DNA from: Glaucostegus cemiculus
Taxonomy: Eukaryota
DNA length: 64,000 nt
Direction: 5' to 3'
Assembly: GCA_976551045.1 (NCBI GenBank)
Contig: CDPCPM010000013.1
Location: forward strand, 13,392,001 to 13,456,000
Made by a program: the position numbers and the translations under genes. Position 1 is the first letter of the stretch. The number at the start of each line of letters is the position of its first letter. The notes below the pieces were generated by a model that was given only the letters and a program-made list of their open reading frames with translations, was not told the origin of the DNA and did no database searches. Below, in pieces: positions 39,326 through 52,554 of this stretch.

Positions 39326-41849
39326 GTGAGTAAATGCATCCTTTCATTTTGTCCTAAATTTTTACAAATTCAGTGTAATGATTATCATGAAACTTCCTGC
39401 TGTTTATTTTAGTGCAGCTTGCACATTAGATTATGCTTTGAAGTATGAAGTAATAGTCTTGTTGTTACAGACTAAATCAAGCCATTCATGGTTCAGATTA
39501 CGATGAACTTCTGTATTTGCTCAGGGAATTGTGGAAGTTTGACTTGAGCTGTATAGATAAGATTTTAGCGCATCTAAGATCACGCTGAGTGGGTCACAGA
39601 TGTACTGTGCAGTGGAACTGAATGCATTTTACATCTGACCTACAGCTTTATACCAGGGTAGGTTGACTTGAGAATGGTAGCCCCATTCTTTTGAATTATG
39701 CTGCTGACCCTTTGGTAAGAGCAAAGCACAGGTAAGTGCTTGAACTATTTTACTTTATTTTAGTTTTCTGTTATTTATTATTTAAGTTTTTTAGTACACC
39801 TAAAATGTTAAATAATATTTATTTTTTACATATTTGAATCTAATTGCTGAATGTCTTTGATATCAGAAAAGAAATTTAAAACAGTTCAAAAGCTTTGAGG
39901 GTGGCCACTGCTGGTGCAGGACCTCAGGATGTGCTGCCTGAGATCTCCTCATAGCCTGGAGCTGATTCCATCACCTGGAGCAATTCTTAGGTGTCAGGGG
40001 TCTTCTATTCTGGTGTTCCACAAATGGAAATTGTAATTCTGGGCTGGCAAACAGGCACTACACGTGGCCAGTTGAACAGTGGACCAGATCAATCCCAATC
40101 CAACTGTCTGTGAATTGCCATATTGTGTGGGTATATCATACAGATACAATAGAGGCCCAACCTTGTTATTGAAATTGCTTTCTGTTCTATTTGAGCCATG
40201 CACAATCAGTACTTTAGAAGTATGAATAAAATGTCTACCCTAGGTTGCTTGGAAAAGTCAAAAGAATGAAAGGGCAAAACTATTTCAGAAAGCTTGAAAG
40301 TAATTTTGAACAAACTTGCCAGCTTTTCCAAATTCCATATGGAGGAAAAAGAGACAAGGTAAGGGAAAGGGATAGCAAATGATACTCAAATCCCTTGGAT
40401 GAATTAAAAAGTATCACTAATTGCTGTCTATCAACCTGTTTTTAATGTATTACTCATTTACATTAATATCCCACACAAACTTATGCTTCTTTCAGTATAT
40501 TTTATTTGTCTCAGCAAAAGAAGCATGGCAGTTATGAATATCCAGAATAGGCTTCAGTTGGATAAATTCTAGCTGGTAGAGACCACATACACTTTTAGAT
40601 TCAGAGTAAAACAATTTGTTAGGAATTACCTAAAGCTTTTTAGTGGGAAATGAAAGGAACATGCTGATCATCCTGAATGATGCATCAGTTAACTCTTTGA
40701 TATTGTTATATAACACTTAAATTTGTATTGCGGTCCTGGACTTAATAGTTGAAGACAGCATTGACCTCACAAGCCAATAGTAATTATGTTAAAAGTTGGC
40801 TTCAGATAGCCTTGCTGTAGATGAAAAGAATATTTTATCTGGCCTCCCAATGAGGGATTTATTCTCTGCAAGTCACAAAAAGGCATGCCAAGATACACAA
40901 GTATGATCTTTGTGCCATTTCCATTTCATCCGCTATGAAATTTTTCATGGTGTCCAAGAATCTCATAAGTGCTCCTTTTTCAAAGAATAAAATAAACCTG
41001 AATTGTATTATTGCCTCAAGACAAATATTAACAGTAACTTTGGAATTATGAAAAAGATACTGTATATAACAAAACCTCTATCTCGATGAGATATGGTAAA
41101 CATTGCAAACAAATGGCTATAGAAAAGTTTCTTTATGCTAACCATTACCCTAGTAAAATTTAACACACAAGTGAAGGTAAGCAAACTTGGAGCAAATCCC
41201 AAATAATTATGCTAAATAATTATTTACATTATATCTGATACCTTAATAATTCTGTCATGACATAGCCAGAAACATCTAGCACAAAATTGCAACTGAAAGC
41301 AGGGATAGAACTGGCATTTCTATTGCAATTGTTCTCCTGTCCACTTCCTCTCCTGGTGTACCTCAGTACTGATTGTGTGCCTCATTGTTACTACACCTCA
41401 AAATAAGACAACTCTTATGGTATTAAAGAAACTTCTGCAAAGTCTATTTCAGAAGTCAATTGCCTTTTCTAAACATTTCCCTTGGATGGCCGTCAGTTGT
41501 GTTTCTACTGTGAAGCAGGAACCAAGAGAAAAGGGGGAAACTTATTTCATTGCATTACATTACTCAGCCACAATCAACATTTTACTGCTGCTCTTGACCT
41601 CACAGAGGCAGTGAAAGAAAACACAACTTGCCTCTCTGGCCTCATCACAGAAATGGCCTGGCAGTAAGTTCATTGCCACTTCCTCTTCAATCTGTCCAAT
41701 GATAGTTACACTGAGTTCTGAGCACATCATCAAAGGGCTCCGTTGGCTTTGGGTTAGTGTCCATGCCACCTGCTCTGAAAAGCAAGTTAAGATATAAATT
41801 TGTAGTTTCTGACAACTCCAGATTAGGTAACTTGCCAATTTTAACAGTA

Positions 41850-42157
41850 AATGAACATTTTTAAAAACTGCAGATGCTCGAACTGCAAAATAAAAACAGA
41901 AAATGCTGTTAAAACTCAGCAGGTCAGGCAGCATCTGTTACACATTACACAGACTAAAGAACTTAATGTGCTGGTATCTGCCCACATTAAGCCATTTTGA
42001 CTCTCCCTCTACATCCCTCCCCCACTTCTCTCTACTGAAAACTAGCAATTTCTCTCTTTCCTATTTCTGACAAAGGGTCACATACCCAAAACATTGACTG
42101 TTTTACTTTTCACCTGTTGCCTGACCTGCAGAGTATTTCCAACAATTTATGTTTTTG
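41850..42157. mobile_element. PLE-derived fold-back element with 14-bp flanking direct repeats
   Basis: Antisense terminal repeat 41865-41937 and sense terminal repeat 42065-42155; TTGCCAATTTTAAC at 41832-41845 and 42158-42171. Confidence 0.7.
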
Positions 42158-42921
42158 TTGCCAATTTTAACTGTTCTCATCGACAGTTTAACTCATCTCT
42201 GTATTAAAAATGCTTCAAATGCCCTTAACTCTGCACAGAATTTCTATTCTGAACAGAATCCTACACACCCGATCTGTGGAATCTACCACACTTATCACCA
42301 TGTAACGAGAACACCTAGATTGATGGTTTAATATTGCAACAATCTCTGTGAAGACAATTTACCACATCTGTCTTCCTGGATCTCATCATTGCTAGGTCTG
42401 AAGAAAAAAGAAACAAAATACAGATTCGGATGTAATGAGTATTCCTGTACTGTGTCCGGCTATAAATGGAAAATCACAAAAGCAATCTCTGCACCAGAAG
42501 TAGACATTTAGCTATCATTCCTAATCAGTGGGAAGTGGTCAAGTATGTAAAATGCCATACCATTTCAGGAAGTCATAATATTTCAGGAGAAAATAATTGT
42601 AATTTGATTTGAGGCCGAAGAGTTACTCTTACAAAATGAACTGCCCAGTCCTATCCATCCGCCACCCTCCCCCTCCGCCATCCTGGAGTTCTTCCTCTTC
42701 AGTTCTATTTCTTCAAACACCTCACAGGAATTTTGGTGTACATTTGAAAATCCCTAGTCCTAGTTATAATACCTACTATCTTGGAGAAATTTCATATGCG
42801 GCAAAAGAAAAATATTCTCAGTGGTCAGTTTTCAAAATTGTTGTTAAATGCTCTCTTGCCTTATGAGCAGAATGAACACCTGACCATTTAAAACATAACG
42901 TAATACCAATTTGTGTATTAA

Positions 42922-44060
42922 GTTCATAGATTGTAGAATTGTACAGCACAAAAACAAGACTCTTTTGGCCCACATTTTCCATGCCAACCATTTAGCCTGT
43001 CTACACTAACCCCATTTGCCCGTATTAGGCCAATATCCCTCTATGTCTTTCGTATCCAATTACCTGTCCAAATACCTGTTAAACGTTGTAATTGTATCAA
43101 TTTCCACCACCTTCTCTGGTAGCTCATTCCAATATTCGCTGTGTGAAAATCTTACCCTCAGACCTTTAAATTTTTTCCCTCTCACCTTAAACCTGTACCT
43201 TATCGTTCTAGACTCTGACAATCTATGCTATGTATGCCCTTCATAATGTTATAAACCTCTATAAGGTCACTCCTCAGCCTCCTAAGTTCTAGTGAGAATC
43301 AATCCAGCCTATTCAATTTCTCCTTACTACACCCTTGATTCCAGGCAACATCCTGGTGAATGTCTTCTGCACTCTCTCTATTGGTATGACATGCTTCCTG
43401 TAGTGTGGTGGCCAGAACTTGTCACAATACTCTAAGTGCGATTTAACCACTACTTTGTACAGCTGCAACATCACATTCCAACCCATGCTCAATCAGACTA
43501 TAAAAGCAAGCATACCAAAAGCTTTTTTCACTACCCTTTCCATCCCTCTCCTTCAGGGAGCTATGGAATTATGTCCTATGGTGTCTCTGTATATCAATGC
43601 TCATTAAGTTCCCTACCACTTACTCTACATGTCCTACCAGAATTTGACTTTCCAAAGTGCATTACCTCACACTTTTCTGGATTAAATTTTATTTGCCACC
43701 ATTCCACCCAATTTTCCAGCTGATCCATGTCCCACTGTATCCTTAGACAGTGTTCTTCACTATTCACAATTCCAATGATTTTTGTGTCATCTGCAAACTT
43801 ACTAATCATAACACCTACATTCTCATCCAAATCATTTATGTAACAAACAACAAAGGTCCCAGCACCAATCCCTGTGGTACACAACTTGTAGCAGACTTCC
43901 AGTCAGAAAATCCGCCATTCACTACTACCCTCTGCATCCTATCACCATGCCAATTTTAGATCCAGTTCACCAATATGCCTCAAATCCCTTGTGCCTTAAC
44001 CTTGTGGACCAGCCTACCATGTGGACCTTGTCAAAAACTTAACTAAATTCCATGTAAACC
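42922..44060 (-). mobile_element. CR1 LINE 3' ~1.1 kb
   Basis: ORF 43594-43884 YINDLDENVGVMISKFADDTKI...WQIKFNPEKCEVMHFGKSN; CR1 tail near 42925. Confidence 0.9.
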
Positions 44061-44424
44061 ACATCTACCACTCGACTTGTCCTGCTTAAACTGACCCAAT
44101 GAATGAGTCCAGCTTAGTTTTGCAACCATGTGACTTAAAGTAAAATAACCTTGAATTTGAACCCCTTTAATTGTCCAACGTGCACATAAAAAAATATTTT
44201 GGGCTTTCTTTAACTCAATTCCTCCTACTTCCAAATAAAGTTGCTCCCACTGAGAATTTGAACCAGAGAACTCCAGTCACTAGTAATCAGGTCATCAACA
44301 TGCACAGTGCTCCTACTGACAGATATTGAAGCAATATTATACAAATATGCTCTTTTAGCTTTAAGTAAAACAAAGAGCAAACCACACAGAAAGATGACAA
44401 GCAGACATTGTTAAAATGTCTGGG

Positions 44425-44575
44425 ATGCAGAAGTAAAATTGATGAAAGCACTCAGTAGCTCAGACAAAGGGTCTTCTACCTGAGAAGTTGATGTTTCTCT
44501 TTCCACAGATATCTCCTGACCTGCTGAATATTTCCAGAATTTTATGTTTTTATTTCAGATTTCCAGCACCTAGTT
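44425..44575. mobile_element. PLE terminal-repeat element (degenerate fold-back)
   Basis: aagggtcttctacctgag...ccacagatatctcctgacctgctgaatatttccag...tttcagatttccagcacc, preceded by a short antisense arm. Confidence 0.55.
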
Positions 44576-44827
44576 TTGTTTTAATTTTCACATGTGACTT
44601 CTTCCTTCACTGAAACAAAACATTGCTGGATCTTATAGTATTGCACTGTCAAAATCAGTATAAAAGTGTGCTGTAGTATCTACAGGCCCAGTGGTGGGGG
44701 CGACTCACAGCATGGGAGAAGATTAATGATGAGGTGATGAGGTGCCAAGGGCAATGTGGCCTGTCTGACTGTGATTCTGTTAAATGCTTGGAAATGAATA
44801 AGCTGCTCTGAGGCAATTAACAGATGA

Positions 44828-45215
44828 AAGACATTGCTTGTATTTAGTGTGTGTCACATTCTTATCAAATTCCAAAGCACGTCACTTCAAAATGAATTAC
44901 TTTTCAAGTGCAGTAACTGTTTTATTTTTGCAAGCAAATGATTTTGTCGATATCCACACAAAAAGCTGATGCAAATAACAATGAGAAAAAGACTAGTTTA
45001 TTTGCTTTTGATTGATGTGGTTGACCAAAATAAATGATGTCCAGATAGAGGTCCCTTCTCTACTTTGAATAACATGAATGAAATTTTGATCTAGCCACCT
45101 ATGTAGATATTCCTGATAATTGCAGCAATAGAGAAGTATCATCTGAGATATTAAGCTCAAATCCTGCAGCACACCTTAAATCAGCAACATTTTGGACAGA
45201 GTGCTGTCACCAAGT
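44828..45215 (-). mobile_element. Deu-domain SINE, ancient
   Basis: Antisense counterpart of 36900-37245 (ttccaaagcac...gaattacttttcaagtgcagtaactg...aacaatgag...tgatgtggttgac). Confidence 0.5.
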
Positions 45216-45487
45216 TAATCTCACATTTCAATACATTTCCTGAGGAAAAAAAAAGGGCCAGCAATATTTAGGAAATGGTAAAAGGATGCAGAAATGAAAA
45301 GACTATCTTGTCTACAAAACCAAATCATCTTGCAAATTATACACATTTTTATGTCTTTGAATGGTAACACTAGCCATACACCAGCCTTTAGCAGCAAATG
45401 ATCTTATTTCTTATTTTTTTTAAATCCTGCCCAGCACTACAAGTTATGCCAGTTCTGGTATGCCGGATAGAAATCTATCTAGATAAC

Positions 45488-45553
45488 ATTCTGATTGTGT
45501 GACTAAATGGGCCCACTACAACACGTGGGCCCATTTAGTCACACAATCAGAAT
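45488..45553. repeat. Perfect inverted repeat, 29-bp arms, 8-nt loop
   Basis: ATTCTGATTGTGTGACTAAATGGGCCCAC-tacaacac-GTGGGCCCATTTAGTCACACAATCAGAAT. Confidence 0.95.
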
Positions 45554-45559
45554 TGTTAA

Positions 45560-46345
45560 AAAACTGGGAGGCCATTTAGTTCATACTGGCTCTATCTAAG
45601 AGCAATCTAGCTAGTCCCATGCCCCACCCTCTCCCCAGAACCCTGCAAATTCTTTTCCTTCAGGTACTTACCCAGATCCTTTTTGAATGCTACAATTACC
45701 CCTAACTACCAATACTACCCCTAATAGTGCATTCCAGACCCTAATCACTTGCTGCATACATTTTTTTCTTCATGTCACTTATAATTATCTTGCCAATCAC
45801 CTTCATTTTGTGTTCCCTAGTTCTTGATACTTTTGTCGATAGGAACAGTTTCTCTCTGTTTGCCTGTACCTTTCATGGCTCTAAACATCTCTGTCAGATC
45901 CCTTCTCCATTCCATGGAACACAATCCTAGATTCTTTAACCTATCCATGTAGTTAAAACCATTCTTCCCTGGAATTATTTCAGTAAATCTCTTCTGCACT
46001 TTCTCTGAACCTTTGTCAATCATTGTTAAACTATGGCCATACCGAACTGGATATAATACTCCAATCATGGCCCAATCAGTGTATTATAAAGGCTCCTTCT
46101 GACCTCTGTGCTCTTTTATTCTTAGCCTCTATCCTGTACACTTCTTGGCAACGTTTTCTAAATACCCTGACACTTATGATAATGCACAACTACCCCTACA
46201 TTTCATTGTTCTTGTATTCCTTTAAAACTTCTCCCCCTCCCCCAGTTGATATTGTCTTTTCTCATTTTTCCCACCAACATGTGACACTCCACATTTCTCA
46301 GTATTAGATTTTGTCTGCCACCAGTAGAACATTTCACCAGCTTGT
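45560..46345 (-). mobile_element. CR1 LINE 3' fragment
   Basis: ORF 45817-46068 EKVQKRFTEIIPG..Y.DRLKNLGLCSMEWRRDLTEMF. Confidence 0.8.
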
Positions 46346-47029
46346 CCAGCTCTCCCTGACATGGACCAGGGCAGAATGACAGTCACTTGAACAAAAATGA
46401 ATTAATTTGAGAAAAACTGAATGTATTTGTTAAAGACAAATTTTATATAACTAGCTTCATAAGAGTTTAATGATGATGTAACAGAGAGAGTTGATGAGGC
46501 AGGTGCAGTTGATGTAATACATATGACCTATATGTGGCACTTTATCAAAGACCTTTTGTAGAGACCATACATACCATATCATCTGCATTTACCTCAACTC
46601 TCACAGTCCACTAGGTTTTGTGTCAACTGCAGATTTGGAAATTATGCCCCGTACACCCAAGTCCAAGTCATTAATATTTACTCAGTGGTCATGGAACCAA
46701 CCCCTGAGGAATTCCACTGAACAATTTCCCTTTAGTTCAAAAGTAAATTCCCTCTTTCTTTTTACTTGGGCAGTTTTCTATCCACATTGTTCCAGCTTCT
46801 TTTTACTCTGTGACCTTCATTCTTGAGGACAAGCCCAACAAGCGGACTTCCAAAAGTCATTCTGGAATTCCACTTGCTGCATTTCAATGTTGTTTCTCAT
46901 CTACTATCTTTGTTATTTGTTCTAAAACTCTTTCAGTTTGAACACCGGGGTCACAGCTTCATTAAATCACCTGTAAGCTTCACTGGAGTCCCTTTCCTCT
47001 TGCCAACCTGCCTTTCCTGGACACATTAC

Positions 47030-47440
47030 ATTGGGAGTGCACTCAACATTTGACCTGATCTGACCTGAATTCACTTGTATCTGTTGCTTAATCTGATTCC
47101 ACTTATCATCTTCATTATTATCAGATTCCAGAATCTGAAGCCTTTTGTTGTCTCAACATCATCTTTCAGCCTCTGTCTCTTTCTCCCCCTACCTGGCTCC
47201 ATCTGCCCAAGAAACCCTCCTCACCTGGTTCCATCTTTCACCTGCCAGCTCCGGGCTCGCACCTCCCATCATCTCTGAGCATGTAGAGGCTATCTCCCCT
47301 CTACATGCTCAGTCCTGACGCAGGATCTCAACCTGAAGCGTTCAATGTCCCTCTGCCTCCACAGATGTTGCCAGACCTATTGAGTTGCTCCAGCAGTTTT
47401 TTGGTCCAGATTCCAGCATCTGCAGTCTCTTGTGTCTCCA
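47030..47440 (+). mobile_element. Penelope 3' region and terminal repeat
   Basis: Pyrimidine-rich tract, then CAGTC CTGACGC AGGATCTCAACCT GAAGCG...ccacagatgttgccagacc...ccagattccagcatctgcagtctcttgtgtctc. Confidence 0.7.
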
Positions 47441-48614
47441 AGATTACTCACTCACCTGACCTTGGATCATGGTACAGAAGCCATACCAAAGCATTTGAAT
47501 GAAATACTTTCAAGACTTGAAGAGACAGCTTACCTCGAAAAGGAATCTTTGTCACCTTCCCTAGAAAAGCTGAGAAAATCAGAGGGTTGAGCAGAAATCC
47601 CATTCTGTCAGAGATGACTCTTCCATCACTTTCACAGAGAGTAATTAGCAATGAGAATGAGTACTGTGGTTTTTCTCTGCTGCACATTTTCTCAAAGTTA
47701 CTGTTAGACAATCATGGCTAACTATCTCCATCTGAGTTACAAATGGAAAGTTAATTCCATTCCATCAGTGTGAAGCTGCTCTTCAAAGGCACAAATTTAT
47801 GCATAAGAAAGCCTGCTACCCTTGTGATAGTAATGAAACCTTCATCATGCAGCCACCTTTGGTGCTCTCATTTGAAAGGGCTTTAAATTTGGTGTGTGGC
47901 TCATGGGAACAAGTATTCTCTCTACAGTCCTGGGTCACGTGACTGAAGTTTGTGTAGTCACTGCACAAAGCAGTAGTTTTCAAATAAATGTTTGAATGGT
48001 TTGGCAGATGGTGGTGTAGTAGAAATCTTCAAATATCTGTGATCATTGTTGGCCATAACCCTTAGTGCAAACAATAAAACTCCAACGATCTGACATCCTC
48101 AGGACATTGATGGTACCAGATTGTCCCTGGTGAGTTTACAGGGACCATGGTTAATTCTTCAAAGGAAATACACTTCCATCCGCTCTCGCTCCACGCTGCC
48201 ATATTATGTGGTCTCAGAAAATCCGAAAAAGTCAAACTCAGCTTTAATATAGTCAAAAGCTCTTAACAAGCTGGTGACTCTCTTCACATCCGACTCAGCA
48301 ATCCTACCATGTTCCCTGCACGCTGACTAACCTTCTCAGGAAGTAAATGGGAACAAATGAAATGCCATGAAAGCAGCTTTACACATGGTTTGATCCACAT
48401 ATAGATGATGCAGAGCACAACTGCCACCTGGGTAAAAGGTATCTTTAAATTACATGGGAACTTGGGAAAGTAAAAAGGCCCAGAACTTCCTGGCAGGAAG
48501 ACTAAGCAACTGGTTGTCATTATTTTTCCATTGTACTGAAGGTTGGGGAAGATCAAAGTTGGGAGCAGTGTGTGTATTGTATGTGAAGATTACTTGGGTG
48601 ATTTTCTCTTTCAG

Positions 48615-48745
48615 GCAACGAATGCAGAAGTCAGCAATGTATGATCTGTGTATAGCAATGCGTCAAATCTCACAAGAATTTATTCATCTTCAAGTGACTC
48701 ATGAGGAATTCTTATGCATGAAAATCTTAATACTCCTTAATACAA
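48615..48745 (+). CDS. PGR: Progesterone receptor LBD exon (exon 6 equivalent)
   Basis: Acceptor ttttctctttcag|G, donor ACAA|gtaagt, 131 bp (conserved size). Translates (E)QRMQKSAMYDLCIAMRQISQEFIHLQVTHEEFLCMKILILLNT; EEFLCMK..LLNT is PR-type. Confidence 0.95.
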
Positions 48746-50399
48746 GTAAGTGCAAATACACTGCAAAGCTGAACAACCAGCATTAAAATTACATGATGAA
48801 TTCTATATTGGAATGGACTCTCCTGAACTTCATATATCCTGTTCTTTAAAAGCGCTCTGCTATAATGCCCTTTTGACTGTTTATCTATCAACTTAGCTTC
48901 CAAGATTTGTCATATTATTGTCAATTATCTTTGATTTCTAAGCATTTTAAACTATCTCGGTTGCACTCTTAACCTAACAATTGTGCAAATCTCAAGATAA
49001 AAAGCCACAGCAAATGCAATGACTTCTTATTCTTTGATTGTGCTATTGGGTAGAGTTGATTGAACTCTTGGCTTAAAGAAGATCTGTTGTCTGTTGTGAT
49101 TATTGCCTATTTAAGGAAATCCCATGAAAAGAATTCTTATTGCAGAAATCAGATACTTGGTCTTGTCCAAATTCCATGGAAACCAGCCAGGCCTGGTGTC
49201 AAATTTATATTGGGGCCACACAGCTATGAAAAGCTGTAGGTCTAAGTAATGATTATCAACACATCACTGCCCAGTCATCACCCAAAGCAAGTAGCCTCCC
49301 ACCGCTGCATATCACTAAAGTGAAGCCATACAATTTAACTCTTAATTAATAGGTAACTTTTAAATGTGTACATTTGTTAAGTGCTAAGTCAATTTTTATC
49401 TCAGATGCTAAGTGTGAGATAAAAGGGACTAGAAATGTAATACTAGTCTTAAAGTATCAGATATGCTCCCTCTATCTTTAGAGTTTCAGATCCCTCTCAT
49501 CTGGAGTGCTGAACAAAAAGAGGCTGCCAACTGACTGCCTCGTTATTTACATCAGCTAAGTGCTTCTATGACAACTTTGTGGGCCTTATGATAGATCTCT
49601 GAGGCAATACAACAATAACGTTAAATGTTTCTTTCAATTGGAAGCATTTAATTCAGTTGATTTAATTTGGGAAAAAGAAAATCTCCCAAGAACAATTACA
49701 ATGTATTAAATGGTATTATTTATGCCAAGAAATTCTAAATTGCATAAATGAAAACAGACATTTGGTGGAAAAGAAACTAAGTGGAATGGATTAAAAGGAA
49801 GATTCAAAAAAAGATAATTCAGATGTTTTGCTGTGGAAAGCAGGAAGGGAAGGGGGATGGCATGGAAGAACTGGAAAAGTACTCTGGATAGGAATGACTC
49901 CTGAGGGGTAGAACTGTCATAGATAAGTGAAAAATGCAAACAAGCATTTAAAGCTGAAGGAGAACACTGAACATTTAAAGCTGTTAATATAAATTTTAAA
50001 TTGATTTGTAGGAGCTCCAGCTAATGAAGCCTGGGGAGGAGCAGGGTAACTGAAGCAATCAGGCTGTCAGCAGGTAGTAGCTAATGTAGCCCCATTCTGC
50101 AGCTGATGGGGCTACTAGTAAAATGGCAGCAGGATAGTCAACCAGGACAAGATTTGTAAAGTCACCCCTTTAGGTACAAGGTAAAGTAAGATTCCACTAA
50201 AATCACTCAATTCTGAACCTAACATTACCTTCAGCATTCGTGTGCATGACAATCTACATGAGACAACAGGGTATCTCACTTTACATAGTTGTGTCCCTCA
50301 GTGAAATTTGTGTTTTGGTCACTCATAGTAACTAGGTGCAAAAATACTGCGAGCAGTTGCATTTACCTCTGCACATACAATTTTGCTAAATCAACAGGC

Positions 50400-50755
50400 T
50401 CAGGGGCAGCACAGTGATGCACTTAGTAGATCTGATGCTCACAGTGTCAGGGAGAAGGGTTCAGTCCTGATTTTGGGTGCTGTCTGTGTGGAGTTTACAT
50501 GTTCTACCAGTGAATTGCGTTGATTTAGTCTGCACTGGTTTCCAACCACATCACAAAATGTGCAGGCTGATAGATCGTGGCAAATGGAGATTGCCTATAG
50601 TGTGTAGGTGAGTGGTAAAATGTGGGGGCAGCTGATGACAATGTGGGTTGATAAAGACAAATGGGATGACCGTAGTGTAAATGGGTGGTTGATGGCTAGC
50701 ATGAATCGGGTGGACAGAAGGTCCTGTTTCCATGCTGTGTAACTCTAGGACTCTC
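50400..50755 (+). mobile_element. V-SINE (old)
   Basis: ggggcagcacagtgatgcac...gggttcagtcctg...gctgtctgtgtggagttt...gaaggtcctgtttccatgctgt. Confidence 0.7.
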
Positions 50756-50902
50756 CATGAGAACCAGATGTGTAGAGGTGAGAACAACACGGTGAAAGCC
50801 GATACCTTGTATGCTTTTATAATAACCAATGTCACATTTCTCCCCCAGAATTATGTCAAAACAATATGGATTTATCTTTTGTAAACCTGGAGTTCTAAGG
50901 TA

Positions 50903-51282
50903 TCATTGGTATTGGTATTGGTTTATTATTGTCACTTGTACCAAGGTACAGTGAAAAGCTTGTCTTACAAACCGATCATACAGGTCAATTCATTACATAG
51001 TACAGTTACATAGTTAGTACAAAGTGCATTGAAGTAATACAGTAAAAGCATTAACAGTACAGAATAAAGTGTCACAGCTACAGAGAAAGTGCAGTGCAAT
51101 AGGTGCAAGGTCACACAAGGTAGAATGTGAGGTCACAGACCATGTCATTGTATAAGGGAACCATTCAATAGTCTTATCAAAGTGGGAAAGAAGCTGTCCT
51201 TAAGTCTGGTGGTGCATGCCCTCAGGCTCCTGTATCTTCTACCTGATGGAAGAGGAGAGAAGAGAGAACATCCCGGATGAGT
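50903..51282 (-). mobile_element. Rex1/Babar LINE 3' fragment
   Basis: The - strand encodes PSGRRYRSLRACTTRLKDSFFPTLIR; tail AATAAA + (CCAATA)n. Confidence 0.85.
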
Positions 51283-51342
51283 GCAATCATTGTTCACTTG
51301 TTAAGATGTTTTGCCACTGGGAAAGAACTCAAAGGCTAAACT

Positions 51343-51668
51343 GGGTAGCACAGTGGTGCAACTCAAAGGGCTGCTGCCTCACAGCTCCAGTCGTTCAATC
51401 CTGATCTCCAGTACTGCCTTTGTGGAGTTTGCCTGTTCACCCTGTGACCACCTGGGTTTCCTGCAGGTACTCTGCTTTCCTCCCACATCACAAAGACAAG
51501 TGGATTGATCGGCCATTGTAAATTGCCCCTATGTGTGAGTGGTAGAATCTAGCAAGAGTTGATTGGAATGTGGTGAGAATAAAAGATGGGATTGGTGTAG
51601 GATTAGTGGACACCAGTGAGGTCTCAGTGGGGCATAGGACCTGATTCTGTGCTCTGTGACTCCATGAC
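51343..51668 (+). mobile_element. V-SINE (old)
   Basis: gggtagcacagtggtgca...gttcaatcctg...gtggagtttgc...gggtttcc...tttcctcccacat...gtaaattgcccct. Confidence 0.75.
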
Positions 51669-52554
51669 GATATACTCATATACAGCCACAGTGACAGGGT
51701 GTCAATGTACCTGCCATATAGGTTGGATGCAGCATGCATCCAGCACTAACCACACTGTCAAGCAGCTACACACCTCAGCAGGAGGTATAATGTTTGAAAA
51801 CTGCCCTGCTTTACACGAAAATGGACCTTGCTGTTAAGGAGCAGTGCCTTGTGACTGCAGCAGTGGGAGATTTCAGTCAAGGTACAGAAGGTCATATTTC
51901 TAACAACTGCACTTCAGTGAGATTCAAGGAAGCTGTCAGCTTCCTCATCTGGCACTTTGTCCCTGTCTTTGCATCCCCTTTTCATTCTCCCAGCCATGCT
52001 CTGTTCCTAGGGAAATGACTGCGGTCAGAGCCATGTGTGGGAGAAACTGGTTTGCACAGAAGCCTTGAAATAAGAACAAAGCTCACCAGTGCCTAGCAGA
52101 CTTCTCACTGTATACTTTATTAGCATTAAAGAGCTGTAGAAATTACCAAACACTTGTACAGCCATCATTACAATCTACCTACTCTGAATACTTCTGGCGA
52201 TCATTAGCCATTTGTGTCCAAATGCCCTGACTAATATGGCACCCTGTGTGACACAGCCTGTAAATGTACACACATTTAATTGTTGTGATTCTTTTATCAA
52301 AAAGCACCATGGTACAATTCCAAATTTGTTCCCCTTGCATCTCTTACCCAGCACCCCAAAAGTTGTACATTTGAAATGACAATTGTTCTGTTTGGTTTGA
52401 CTGTTAAAAATGGACATTTTTCCACATGCTGAATAGGTTTGCAAACATCGTCACTTTTATTCATTATGACTTACGCTTTGACTCAGTGGACTGATTGACC
52501 TCTATCTGCGCTGCAACATTTCTATGATTCTGTATTTAAAGATACAGATTTTTT

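Noticed and set aside
48454-48614. ATG-initiated open frame upstream of exon 6
   Set aside because: No receptor homology before the strong acceptor at 48614; a chance open frame.
50086-50115. 10-bp-arm hairpin GTAGCCCCAT/ATGGGGCTAC
   Set aside because: Short enough to arise by chance in 64 kb.
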